DNA of 64,000 nt from Chthoniobacterales bacterium (GTDB lineage: Bacteria > Verrucomicrobiota > Verrucomicrobiia > Chthoniobacterales > UBA10450): the NCBI GenBank assembly GCA_035538875.1, contig DATLJP010000052.1, forward strand, positions 65 to 64,064, written 5' to 3'. Under the pieces are notes generated by a model that was given only the letters and a program-made list of their open reading frames with translations, made no database searches and was not told the DNA's origin. The position numbers and the translations under genes are program-made. Positions 21,292 through 30,653 of the stretch are shown here, one piece after another. How positions within the stretch are numbered: position 1 is the first letter of the stretch; each line of letters opens with the position of its first letter.

Positions 21292-23454
21292 ATGATGCGA
21301 GCTAGCGCTTTTTGCCGCAAAGTTAGGCCAATGGTAATTTTGAGGATGTTTTCGTTGCGGCCCCTCTCGGTCGCGGCCTCCGCGATTTTGTTGGCGCACT
21401 CTGCCTTTGGCCAAACTTATCAGGGCAAGGAGTTGGTCAAAGCCACGCTGCTCGCAGACACTTATGCGATCGTTCCCGGCAAACCTTGCAACGCCGGCTT
21501 GCTGCTGCGAATGGCCCCCGGCTGGCATACCTATTGGAAATTCTCCGGCGACGCCGGCCTTCCGACTGAGATCAAATGGAATCTACCGCCGGGCTGGAAA
21601 GTTGGAGAGATCCAATGGCCGATTCCTTTGAAGACGAACGATCCCGGCGACATCCAAACTTACGGGTATCAAGACGAGGTCATGCTCATTCAGGAAATCA
21701 CCCCACCGGCGAAGATCGATAGTTCGCTAGTGAAATTGTCGGCTCAGGCCGATTGGCTCGTCTGCGAAAGAATCTGCATTCCAGGTAGCGCAAACCTTGA
21801 ACTCGAGCTGTCTACAGCTACGTCAAGCGAACCGAAAAATACCGACCTTTTCGCGCGCTATCGACGCTTAGTTCCACAAGATTTTCCCGCCGCGCAAACC
21901 GCGAGCTCAACTTGGAGTCGCACCGGCAACGATCTTCATCTCAAAGTTACGGGCGAGCAGATCGCGAATTATCAGACGCTCGATTTCTTTCCGTTGCCGC
22001 AGGGCAATACTGTTGTCGGTCATCCGAGCGTCGAATCGCGCCAGGGGAACGAAGTCACTTTTAAGATTCCAATCGAATCTCTGGACAAGAATTTGTCGTC
22101 GATGCCGGGTCTGATCGTCTTTTCGAAGTTTCCGAACGGGAACGAGCGAACGGCGTGGCGACTCGGAGCGTCACAAGTCGCAGCTGCGACCCAACCGTCT
22201 CGAACTTCACGCGGACTTCTCGGGTTTCTCTTTTTTGGTTTTATTGGCGGATTCATTCTGAATCTGATGCCATGCGTTTTGCCGGTTATCTCGCTCAAGA
22301 TATTTGGCTTCATCAAACATGCGGGCAAAGATCGACGAGGAGTTTTTCGTAACGGCGTCGCGTTCATTGCCGGAATTTTTGTCTGGTTCGTTGGATTGGC
22401 GCTGTTGCTCATTGGGCTGAAAGCGGCCGGTCACCAAATCACGTGGGCGGCGCAATTCACGAATCCATATTTCGTTCTCGCTCTTAGCGTAATCGTTCTG
22501 GTGTTCGCGCTCGATCTGTTTGGCGTTTTTGAAATCGCGTTGCCGCAAGCGCTGATGCATAAGATGCTTCACTCGGCCACGCGCGAAGGCGAAGTGGGCT
22601 CGTTTTTTCAAGGTGTGTTCGCCACGGCGCTCGCCACTCCATGCACCGCACCGTTTCTTGGCACCGCCATCGGGTTTTCGTTCACGCAGTCGCCGCTGAT
22701 CATTTTATTAATGTTCGTGGCGGTGGCTGCAGGTATGAGCGCGCCTTATTTTCTGCTCAGCGCGCAGCCGGCGTGGATGCGGTTTCTGCCGCAGCCCGGG
22801 CCATGGATGGTCAACGTGAAGCAATTTATGGGATTTCTGCTGCTCGCTACGCTGGTGTTCCTGATCTACGTACTCGGCGCCCAACGCGGACTCGAGGGCG
22901 CGATCTGGGCGAGCTGCTTTTTGTTGATCGTCTCCGTCGCGTGCTGGATGAAAGGGGCGTTCATCGTGCCGGCGTCATCAGCAGCGAAACGAATGACGTC
23001 GACGGTAATCATGCTCGCGCTTCTGCTAGGCAGCGGCGTTTATTTAATCGGGGACAAATTTCGCGCGGCTATTCCCGACCTCGTGCAAATTCAGCAGGGC
23101 GACTGGCAACCGTTTACGCCTGAGCGTTTGCAGAGCGAACGTGATCAGGGCCATGCTGTGTTTGTCGATTTTACCGCGGCCTGGTGTCTCACCTGCAAAT
23201 TCAACGAGAAAGCGGTCCTCGAAAATTCCGAAGTGCGTGAAGCGTTCCAACGCCACGGCGTTGTGAAATTGAAAGCCGATTGGACCAACGGCGATCCCAC
23301 GATCACGAAATTGCTTCAACAATTCGGCCGGCCAGGTGTCCCATTATACGTGCTTTATCCGGGCAAATCGCAGGAGCCGGTTGTTTTCCCGGAATTGCTC
23401 ACTAAAAATATTATTCTCGATAAACTCGAAACGATAACAGTCGCTTCACGATAA
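21292..23454 (+). CDS. dsbD: thiol:disulfide interchange protein DsbD-like (N-terminal periplasmic domain + CcdA-type TM core + C-terminal thioredoxin)
   Basis: TM-core Cys motif NLMPCVLPVISLK, a second core Cys in LATPCTAPFLG, and the C-terminal thioredoxin motif AAWCLTCK. The true start may be an internal Met (21331 or 21346). Confidence 0.85.
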   Translation: MMRASAFCRKVRPMVILRMFSLRPLSVAASAILLAHSAFGQTYQGKELVKATLLADTYAIVPGKPCNAGLLLRMAPGWHTYWKFSGDAGLPTEIKWNLPPGWKVGEIQWPIPLKTNDPGDIQTYGYQDEVMLIQEITPPAKIDSSLVKLSAQADWLVCERICIPGSANLELELSTATSSEPKNTDLFARYRRLVPQDFPAAQTASSTWSRTGNDLHLKVTGEQIANYQTLDFFPLPQGNTVVGHPSVESRQGNEVTFKIPIESLDKNLSSMPGLIVFSKFPNGNERTAWRLGASQVAAATQPSRTSRGLLGFLFFGFIGGFILNLMPCVLPVISLKIFGFIKHAGKDRRGVFRNGVAFIAGIFVWFVGLALLLIGLKAAGHQITWAAQFTNPYFVLALSVIVLVFALDLFGVFEIALPQALMHKMLHSATREGEVGSFFQGVFATALATPCTAPFLGTAIGFSFTQSPLIILLMFVAVAAGMSAPYFLLSAQPAWMRFLPQPGPWMVNVKQFMGFLLLATLVFLIYVLGAQRGLEGAIWASCFLLIVSVACWMKGAFIVPASSAAKRMTSTVIMLALLLGSGVYLIGDKFRAAIPDLVQIQQGDWQPFTPERLQSERDQGHAVFVDFTAAWCLTCKFNEKAVLENSEVREAFQRHGVVKLKADWTNGDPTITKLLQQFGRPGVPLYVLYPGKSQEPVVFPELLTKNIILDKLETITVASR

Positions 23455-23457
23455 TTT

Positions 23458-24075
23458 ATGAAAACAAAGCTAATCTTCATCCCACTTACCACACTCGCAG
23501 CTTGCGCGCTTTACGCGTCCGACGTCCCACCAGTTGGCAGCGCTGCGCCCGACTTCTCGGTTCCGGACACCAACGGCAAGACGGAGTCGCTTTCGGAATA
23601 CAAAGGCAAATACGTCGTGCTCGAATGGTTCAATCCGGAATGCCCATTCGTAAAAAAGCATTACGGCAGCGACAACATGCAAAAACTCCAGGCTGAGTAC
23701 ACCGACAAAGGGGTCATCTGGCTAACGATCGATTCCAACGCCCCTGGGACTGAAGGCAATCTCAGCGCAGACCAGGCAAAGAGAGTCATGAATTCGTGGA
23801 AAACCAGACAGACCGCGCTCCTTCTTGACCCTCAGAGCAAAGTCGCGAAGCTTTACGGCGCAAAAAACACGCCAAACATGGTCGTGATCAATCCGGACGG
23901 AAAAATCGTTTACGAGGGCGCGATCGACAGCAAAGCCACACCCAATCCGGCAGACATTCCGAGCTCGACCAATTACGTGAAGAACGCGCTCGACGAATCA
24001 CTCGCCGGCAAACCGGTCTCGAACGCGCAAACCAAACCGTACGGCTGCTCGGTTAAGTACAATAAGTCCTCATAA
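23458..24075 (+). CDS. secreted redoxin/thioredoxin-fold protein (AhpC/TSA-redoxin family)
   Basis: A signal peptide is followed by APDFSVPDTNGK...VVLEWFNPECPFVKKHY. The gene starts 3 nt after dsbD. Confidence 0.7.
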   Translation: MKTKLIFIPLTTLAACALYASDVPPVGSAAPDFSVPDTNGKTESLSEYKGKYVVLEWFNPECPFVKKHYGSDNMQKLQAEYTDKGVIWLTIDSNAPGTEGNLSADQAKRVMNSWKTRQTALLLDPQSKVAKLYGAKNTPNMVVINPDGKIVYEGAIDSKATPNPADIPSSTNYVKNALDESLAGKPVSNAQTKPYGCSVKYNKSS

Positions 24076-24128
24076 ATCTGTAGCGGCGGTCTGTGACCGT
24101 CGGGAAAAAATTGTTCTGGAAACGGCGA

Positions 24129-24947
24129 TCACATCGACCGCCGCTTTTGTTTCACCCGCTTCGCGCCAAATCGCCACGCCATCCGCAAGATCCACATTGG
24201 CGTGAGACGAGCGAGGAACATCGCGAGTTTCATTATGGTGCCGGGGATTACGAGCGGTTTGTTCGATTCGATCGCGGCAAGCGCGTCGCGAACGACTTGT
24301 TCGACTGAAACGTAAACGGGAGACCGCGCGGAGTCCGGTTTTTCACCGGGACGTTGCGCTTGTTTTTGGAATTCGGTGTGTACTGGTCCGGGACAAAGCG
24401 CAGTCACCGTAATGCCGGCGCCGCGAACCTCTGCACGCAGTGATTCTGTAAAACTGGTCACGTAAGCTTTGGTTGCGGCGTAAACGTTGAACTCAGGAAT
24501 CGGCAGAAATCCCGCCGATGAGCTGACGTTGAGAATCTCGCCGCTTCTTCGCGAGATCATTTGCGGCAAAAAGGCGCGCGTGAGCGTGGTCAACGCGACA
24601 ATGTTAACCTGCAGCATTTTGTCATTTCGTTGCGGCGGCGAAGTCGTAAACGGCCCGACATCGCCAACTCCGGCGTTGTTAATCAGGAAGTCGATCTCGA
24701 TCTTATTTTGCTCGAGCCAGCGAATGACTTCGTCGACGTGTGATTTGCGGCAGAGATCGACAACGCGCACGTGAACATTCAATTGCGCGTTCCGGTTTAG
24801 GATTTCTTCACGCAGCTCGTTCAATCGTTGCTCGCGTCGCGCGACGAGGACGAGCGTTCGGGCGCGCGTCGTGAGCTGGCGAGCAAATTCACGCCCGATT
24901 CCAGCCGAAGCGCCGGTGATCAACGCGTTGCAGCCATCAAGCTTCAT
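24129..24947 (-). CDS. short-chain dehydrogenase/reductase (SDR)
   Basis: TGASAGIG, NNAG and YAATKAY motifs, plus a C-terminal hydrophobic tail. Confidence 0.85.
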   Translation of the reverse strand: MKLDGCNALITGASAGIGREFARQLTTRARTLVLVARREQRLNELREEILNRNAQLNVHVRVVDLCRKSHVDEVIRWLEQNKIEIDFLINNAGVGDVGPFTTSPPQRNDKMLQVNIVALTTLTRAFLPQMISRRSGEILNVSSSAGFLPIPEFNVYAATKAYVTSFTESLRAEVRGAGITVTALCPGPVHTEFQKQAQRPGEKPDSARSPVYVSVEQVVRDALAAIESNKPLVIPGTIMKLAMFLARLTPMWILRMAWRFGAKRVKQKRRSM

Positions 24948-25509
24948 TCTGTCTAACCTTCACGAATAATGCTGTTGGGATCCCGCCGAGAATTCCGCCA
25001 ATGTGGCCGGCCATGCTGATATCAGGGAGAAGGGAGACAGCGAATCCAACCAGCAGTACAACCCACAATAATCTCCGCGATCGATCGCTGCCGTTTTCGC
25101 GGTGGGAAATTAGTAACGCAGCGCCTAACAAACCGAAGACTCCGCCGGACGCGCCAACTGTCGCGCCATCTTTTGGATACCAGCTGTGCACCAACAAAAT
25201 TACCGCGGCCGAGCAAATCACGCTGACAAAATAAATCAGCGCGCCGCGACCAATGCCGACTTGTTGCTCCACAATCCGACCGATCCACCAAAGCACGCCG
25301 ACATTGAGAAGCAGATGCAGCCAGTTGAAGTGCAAAAACGAATACGTCGCGATTCTCCAGAGTTCTCCATTCAGTTGCCCGTTATCTGGAAGCGCGCCCA
25401 GCTTCAGCAAGGCGGCATCATTCCCAACGCTGTTCGTCGCCAGCTCAATCGCGAAACCTGTGACGATTGCAATAATTAACGAAATGGTTCCGCGACGGCT
25501 GTCGATCAT
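24937..25509 (-). CDS. rhomboid-family intramembrane serine protease
   Basis: Six TM segments. Catalytic GASGGVFGL and AGHIGG motifs, plus a HFNWLHLLLN motif. Confidence 0.8.
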   Translation of the reverse strand: MIDSRRGTISLIIAIVTGFAIELATNSVGNDAALLKLGALPDNGQLNGELWRIATYSFLHFNWLHLLLNVGVLWWIGRIVEQQVGIGRGALIYFVSVICSAAVILLVHSWYPKDGATVGASGGVFGLLGAALLISHRENGSDRSRRLLWVVLLVGFAVSLLPDISMAGHIGGILGGIPTALFVKVRQNEA

Positions 25510-25596
25510 TCATTTGCTTGAATCTGCCAGTCAGGTCCCGAGCACAATAATTTTCTTCGTGCACTTCGTGTCCTTCGTGGTTGAAGTTCCGGTCGT

Positions 25597-26550
25597 ATGA
25601 AAGTCCTCGTGACCGGCGGCGCTGGATTCATCGGCTCCCATTTGGTCGAAAAATTACTCGCGGAAGGTCATGACGTCGCCATCCTCGACGACTTTAACGA
25701 TTTTTACGATCCGAAGATCAAACGCTCGAATATTTCGGCGGTCGCAAAAGAGATCGCGGTGCACGAGATCGATCTTCGCGATGGTAATGCGGTCGCGAAA
25801 GTATTTCGAAACGAAAGACTCGACGCGATTTTTCATCTCGCGGCGCGCGCGGGCGTTCGGCCATCTATTCAACAGCCACAACTGTATTACGATACGAATG
25901 CCTCGGGCACGTTGCATTTGCTGGAAGGCGCGCGGACGAGCCGAGTCGAGCAGTTCATCTTTGCGTCGAGCTCTTCAGTTTATGGGGCGGCGAAGAAGGT
26001 TCCGTTTTCAGAACAGGAACATCTTACACAAACATTGAGCCCGTACGCGGCGACGAAGATTGCAGGCGAGTTTCTCTGCTCGACTTATTCGCATCTTTAT
26101 AAAATGCGGATCGTGGCGCTGCGCTATTTCACAGTTTATGGCGCACGGCAGCGGCCTGATCTAGCGATTTACCAATTCACCCGAAAAGTTTATGCCGGCG
26201 AACCGATCGACCAGTTCGGTGATGGCACAACCCGGCGCGATTACACCTACATCGACGACATCATTCAGGGAACCATGGCCGCGCTGAAATATAGCGGAAC
26301 GATGTTTGACGTTTTCAATTTGGGCGAGAGCGAAACGATTCAGCTCAAGGATTTGATTGCGGCGATCGAAGAAGCGCTTGGGAAGAAAGCGAAGATCAAT
26401 CGTTTGCCGGAACAACCGGGTGACATGCCGCTGACGTGCGCCGACATTTCCAAAGCGCGGAAACTTCTCGGTTACGCTCCAAAAACAAAGTTCGAAGACG
26501 GTCTACCGCGGTTCATCGATTGGTTTGGGAAATCGCGCGCTAAGGAATAA
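25597..26550 (+). CDS. NAD-dependent nucleotide-sugar epimerase/dehydratase (UDP-glucuronate 4-epimerase-like)
   Basis: VTGGAGFIGSHL Rossmann motif and the catalytic YAATKIAGE (YxxxK). Confidence 0.8.
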   Translation: MKVLVTGGAGFIGSHLVEKLLAEGHDVAILDDFNDFYDPKIKRSNISAVAKEIAVHEIDLRDGNAVAKVFRNERLDAIFHLAARAGVRPSIQQPQLYYDTNASGTLHLLEGARTSRVEQFIFASSSSVYGAAKKVPFSEQEHLTQTLSPYAATKIAGEFLCSTYSHLYKMRIVALRYFTVYGARQRPDLAIYQFTRKVYAGEPIDQFGDGTTRRDYTYIDDIIQGTMAALKYSGTMFDVFNLGESETIQLKDLIAAIEEALGKKAKINRLPEQPGDMPLTCADISKARKLLGYAPKTKFEDGLPRFIDWFGKSRAKE

Positions 26551-27548
26551 TGCTTTCGTTCGATCAGCGTGCGTGTTTTATTGGCGGTCAGGCGAAATCG
26601 GGAACGACGCTCCTCGCTGCGCTGCTGGACAATCATCCCGAGCTGCTCGTTCTGCCGCAGGAGACGGCTTACTTCCCGACAGCTCTGACAAAATATCGCG
26701 ACGGTGGTCGCCGCGCACAGTTTGATTATCTCACGCAAAAATCGTTTTCGCGTGTGTTGTTCGGCGGCGCAGCGAAATGGCGCGAACACGAATACAAAGA
26801 TTTCCCGCAGGAGAAATTTCTTGAGATGTTCGAGCGAATCGCATTCGATCCGGTGAACGCGCCGCGTGATTTGCTCGCGTTGATGGTCGAAGCGTATGCG
26901 CAGACAATCGGTGTGCCACTTGATCGCATAAAACGGTGGATCGAGAAGACGCCGGCGAACCGAAATCATGTCGATGAAATCTTCGCGCGATTTCCACACG
27001 CGAAGCTTTTGGTCACGCTCCGTGATCCGCGCGCAATTCTCGCTACGCAGATCGCGCTTGAGAAAACGCGTCAGACAAAGCGGTTCTCGGTCTACTACGT
27101 GATCGCCCACTGGCGGGTGGCTGCGAAATTGGCGCAGCGCGTGCGCGCCGGAGATGTTCCAGGATTGTTCGTGCAGTTCGAACAACTCGTGAGCGAGCCG
27201 GCGAGCGTTACGAAAACTGTCTGTGCTTATCTCGACATTGCATTTAATCCCGAAGTTGTTTTGACGCCGACAAAGGTGGGTCAGTTGTGGGGCGGCAATT
27301 CTGCCGCGCAGATCGCTTTTTCAAAAGTGAGTGCCGAGCCTGCGTCGCGTTGGGAAAAGGAGCTATCGCAAGACGAAATTGGCTGGGTGGAATGGCATTG
27401 CCGCGACCTTATGCCGGAGTTTGGATACGCCCCCCGGCTCAATGCGCGATCGTTGCGGCATTTTACGAAATCGATTCGGGGCGAGCGACCGCGCGAGTAT
27501 CTAAAATCGCGCGCCTATTCGCTCCGAGACGCCTGGATCGATCGCTAG
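26550..27548 (+). CDS. sulfotransferase family protein
   Basis: PAPS 5'-phosphosulfate-binding loop GGQAKSGTTLL and a 3'-phosphate motif TLRDPRA. There is a 1-nt TAATG overlap with the epimerase gene. Confidence 0.7.
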   Translation: MLSFDQRACFIGGQAKSGTTLLAALLDNHPELLVLPQETAYFPTALTKYRDGGRRAQFDYLTQKSFSRVLFGGAAKWREHEYKDFPQEKFLEMFERIAFDPVNAPRDLLALMVEAYAQTIGVPLDRIKRWIEKTPANRNHVDEIFARFPHAKLLVTLRDPRAILATQIALEKTRQTKRFSVYYVIAHWRVAAKLAQRVRAGDVPGLFVQFEQLVSEPASVTKTVCAYLDIAFNPEVVLTPTKVGQLWGGNSAAQIAFSKVSAEPASRWEKELSQDEIGWVEWHCRDLMPEFGYAPRLNARSLRHFTKSIRGERPREYLKSRAYSLRDAWIDR

Positions 27549-27863
27549 AGCTGCCATTTTTTGCCTACTTGCCAAGCCTGCGCCCTTCGCGGATAATCAG
27601 TTTAGATGTCGGGAATTTAATTCTGGGCATCCGTTTCATTGAGGCTAAGAGTATGAAGCGAGGTTCGTTATCTTCGCGATCTGATTGGCTGAGCAAAACG
27701 GGCTGCATCCTGAGACGATTCTATTTCCGACATGACGAGGCGGAGTTTCCAGCGGCGTCGCAGACTGATTGCATTTTGTGGACCTTTCGGGATTCGCGCG
27801 CCGCGGACCGTGCATCACTGGATGCGCTCCGCCCATTGAACAACTTAAAAATTGAGGATCAAC

Positions 27864-28373
27864 ATGAACTCGCATTCATACGGGAGACGCCAGCGCCACG
27901 GGCGCGCTCCGTCTCGACGACGGGGCGGGCGCGGTCGGTTTCAAGATCAACGCGCGCAGGCTCCGAAGCAGAAGACATTTTGGCAACGCATCGTCGCATT
28001 TTTTGGAGGCAACACGGGCGGCCAAAGAAAATCAGCTACCCAATCGCGCAACGGCCAGCAGCAGCAGCTGCTGCTGCGGCCACAGCGTAAACCTGAACCA
28101 GTCGAAGTCACTTCGCCACGTCTCTACATCGGCAATCTGTCATTCGACGCGACCGAGAGCGATCTCTTCGAGCTCTTCAACGGCGTTGGCCACGTGCAGA
28201 ACGCCGAGGTCGTGAGCTATCGTCACAACCAGCGCTCAAAAGGTTTCGCGTTCGTCCAAATGCAGACGATCGAAGAAGCGAAGCGCGCGGTGGAGGAATT
28301 ACACGACAAGGAATTCCTCGGGCGCAAGCTTGTGGTCAGCGGCGCGAAATCGAGCGAACATTCGCGCGGCTAA
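27864..28373 (+). CDS. RRM-type RNA-binding protein with Arg/Gln-rich N-terminal extension
   Basis: RNP2 LYIGNL and RNP1 KGFAFVQM motifs. GAGGA lies 5 nt upstream of ATG 27864. The N-terminal ~85 aa is RRQRHGRAPSRRRGGRGR...QQQQLLL. Confidence 0.85.
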   Translation: MNSHSYGRRQRHGRAPSRRRGGRGRFQDQRAQAPKQKTFWQRIVAFFGGNTGGQRKSATQSRNGQQQQLLLRPQRKPEPVEVTSPRLYIGNLSFDATESDLFELFNGVGHVQNAEVVSYRHNQRSKGFAFVQMQTIEEAKRAVEELHDKEFLGRKLVVSGAKSSEHSRG

Positions 28374-28436
28374 AGCGGCCTGTGATTTTATTCGGGAGAC
28401 GAAGCGCTGATTGAAGCGCGCGTCTCCGGACTTCTT

Positions 28437-29354
28437 ATGCACGACGTTTTTTTCATCGTCGGGCCGACCGCGACTGGCAAGTCGGAAGCCGCCGCTGAGG
28501 TTGCCCGCGAGCTCGATGCCGAAATTGTCAACGCCGACGCGTTTCAAATTTATCGCGGGCTTGATTTGCTGACCGCGAAGCCGGACGCGACGACCTTGGC
28601 GAAAGTTCCGCACCATCTCATTGGGACGACGTCGATCTTGGAGGAGATGAACGCGGAAAAATTTCGGAAACTTGCGCTCCAGGCGATCAGTGAAATTCAT
28701 TCACGCGGTAAATTGGCGATCGGGGTCGGCGGAAGCGGACTTTACATCAAAGCGCTCACGCACGGTTTGTCGGCTGCGCCCGGGTCCGATTCGAAGACGC
28801 GCTCGAAACTAAACAAGTTAACTCTTGAGGAATTGCGCGCGCGATTGAAGAACGTCGATCCGGAACGTGCACGCAAGATCGACATGAATAATCGGCGACG
28901 CATGACGCGCGCTTTGGAGATCTGTTTGCTGACAGGAAAACCAGCGTCAACACAACGGACCGAATGGTCCGCCGCCGAGATGACGGCCGCTAGAGGCGTC
29001 TTTGTTTCTCGGGATCGCGACGAACTTTACGAACGAATCAACCGTCGCGTGGAGAAAATGTTCGAGGCTGGCGTGATTGAAGAGGTGCACGCAGTCGGCG
29101 CGACAAGCGAGACTGCATTGAAGATGATTGGTTTGCGGGAAATTCGCGAACTGATCGACGGGAAGATGTCGATCTGGCAATGCATCGCGCAAATTCAACA
29201 AGCGACGCGGCGTTATGCCAAAAGGCAGTTGACCTGGTTTCGACGGCAAACTAATTTTCAACCGCTGAATTTATCGGTGTTACGTCACGTCGAATCTGTG
29301 AAACGGATTTCGCAACTCGCGAAAACGTTGGGAGCTGCGCAGGGGAATGATTGA
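28437..29354 (+). CDS. miaA: tRNA dimethylallyltransferase
   Basis: P-loop GPTATGKSE, VPHHLI and RRYAKRQLTWFR motifs. Confidence 0.9.
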   Translation: MHDVFFIVGPTATGKSEAAAEVARELDAEIVNADAFQIYRGLDLLTAKPDATTLAKVPHHLIGTTSILEEMNAEKFRKLALQAISEIHSRGKLAIGVGGSGLYIKALTHGLSAAPGSDSKTRSKLNKLTLEELRARLKNVDPERARKIDMNNRRRMTRALEICLLTGKPASTQRTEWSAAEMTAARGVFVSRDRDELYERINRRVEKMFEAGVIEEVHAVGATSETALKMIGLREIRELIDGKMSIWQCIAQIQQATRRYAKRQLTWFRRQTNFQPLNLSVLRHVESVKRISQLAKTLGAAQGND

Positions 29355-30618
29355 AACACGTTCGACAAAAACGCACGAGCGGGCGCTCTTAATCGGTCTC
29401 GAAAAACAAGGTGTCTCGAAGTGGGACCTGCAAGATTCGCTCGAGGAATTGGCCGAGCTCGCGACCTCAGCCGGCGCCGAAGTCGTCGATACGGTTACGC
29501 AAAAATTGGACAGGCCGACCGCGCCGTACTACATCGGCAAAGGCAAAGCTGAATCGCTCAAACCGGCGTTGCAAGATCGGCAAGTCACGTCGGTGATCTT
29601 CGATGATGAACTTTCGCCGGCCCAGGGACGCAACCTGGAAAACTTGCTCGCGCGAAAAGTTCTCGATCGCACCCAATTGATTCTCGACATTTTTGCGCAA
29701 CGCGCGCGCAGCCGCGAAGGACGTTTGCAGATTGAATTGGCGCAATTGCAATACTTACTGCCGCGACTGACGCGCATGTGGCACCATTTGTCCCGACAAA
29801 CCGGCGGGATCGGCACACGCGGTCCGGGTGAAACGCAGTTGGAAGTCGATCGACGCCGCGTGCAGGAAAGAATTGCGCGAGTTGAGCGCGAACTTGAATC
29901 GGTCCGTAAAACGCGCGCTGTGCAGCGACAGGGCCGGAAACGCCATCAATGGCCGGTTGCCGCCGTGGTTGGTTACACGAATGCTGGCAAATCGACGCTT
30001 TTGAATTTGCTCACCGGCGCGGATGTTGTCGCCGAGAACAAACTGTTCGCGACACTTGATCCGACCACGCGGAGTTTCGTTTTGTCTAATAAACAGCGTG
30101 TGTTGCTTACCGACACCGTTGGTTTTTTGCGGAAGCTGCCCCACACGCTGATTGAATCTTTCAAAGCAACGCTCGAAGAAGTGAGCGAAGCTGACCTTCT
30201 CATTCACATTGTTGATCTTTCGCATCCACGGGTGGACGATCAGATGGAAGCGGTCGATAACGTGATTAAAGAACTCGACGCTTTTGGAAAGCAGACATTG
30301 ATCGTCTTTAACAAGATCGATAATCTGGTGAATCGCGAGCTCGGCGACACTTATGTAAAACGCTTCCCGGGAAGTGTCGCGATCTCGGCGCGCACCGGCG
30401 AAAACGTAATCAAGCTTGTCCAGGCATTGCAGGAGGCGCTGAGCGCTTGGCGAATGCGGTCACGTTTCAAAATTCCGGCAAGCGAATCGGCGTTAATCGC
30501 TGAGATTCATCGCGCGGGTCATGTGCTCGAACTGCATTACGAAGGCGACAGTGCGTTGATTGTCGCGCACGTTCCGCCGGAGCTGGCACAGAAACTCGAA
30601 CGCTTTTTGCAAAGTTAA
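29347..30618 (+). CDS. hflX: GTPase HflX
   Basis: An HflX N-terminal domain precedes G motifs GYTNAGKSTLLN, DTVGF and NKID. The gene overlaps miaA by 8 nt. Confidence 0.9.
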   Translation: MIETRSTKTHERALLIGLEKQGVSKWDLQDSLEELAELATSAGAEVVDTVTQKLDRPTAPYYIGKGKAESLKPALQDRQVTSVIFDDELSPAQGRNLENLLARKVLDRTQLILDIFAQRARSREGRLQIELAQLQYLLPRLTRMWHHLSRQTGGIGTRGPGETQLEVDRRRVQERIARVERELESVRKTRAVQRQGRKRHQWPVAAVVGYTNAGKSTLLNLLTGADVVAENKLFATLDPTTRSFVLSNKQRVLLTDTVGFLRKLPHTLIESFKATLEEVSEADLLIHIVDLSHPRVDDQMEAVDNVIKELDAFGKQTLIVFNKIDNLVNRELGDTYVKRFPGSVAISARTGENVIKLVQALQEALSAWRMRSRFKIPASESALIAEIHRAGHVLELHYEGDSALIVAHVPPELAQKLERFLQS

Positions 30619-30653
30619 TTGTCGATTCTGCGCTGTGCGTTCAGCATGACGAC

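Noticed and set aside
20935-21528. 197-aa minus-strand ORF across the lipoprotein/dsbD junction
   Set aside because: It lies antisense to the lipoprotein module and the dsbD start, and has no motifs, so it is a shadow ORF.
26472-27185. 237-aa minus-strand ORF
   Set aside because: It lies antisense to the sulfotransferase gene, which carries recognisable PAPS-binding motifs.
27287-28090. 267-aa plus-strand ORF bridging the sulfotransferase 3' end and the RRM gene 5' end
   Set aside because: It is out of frame with both well-supported genes, has Arg/Ala-rich junk composition and ends in poly-Ala. The RRM frame has an RBS and canonical RNP motifs.
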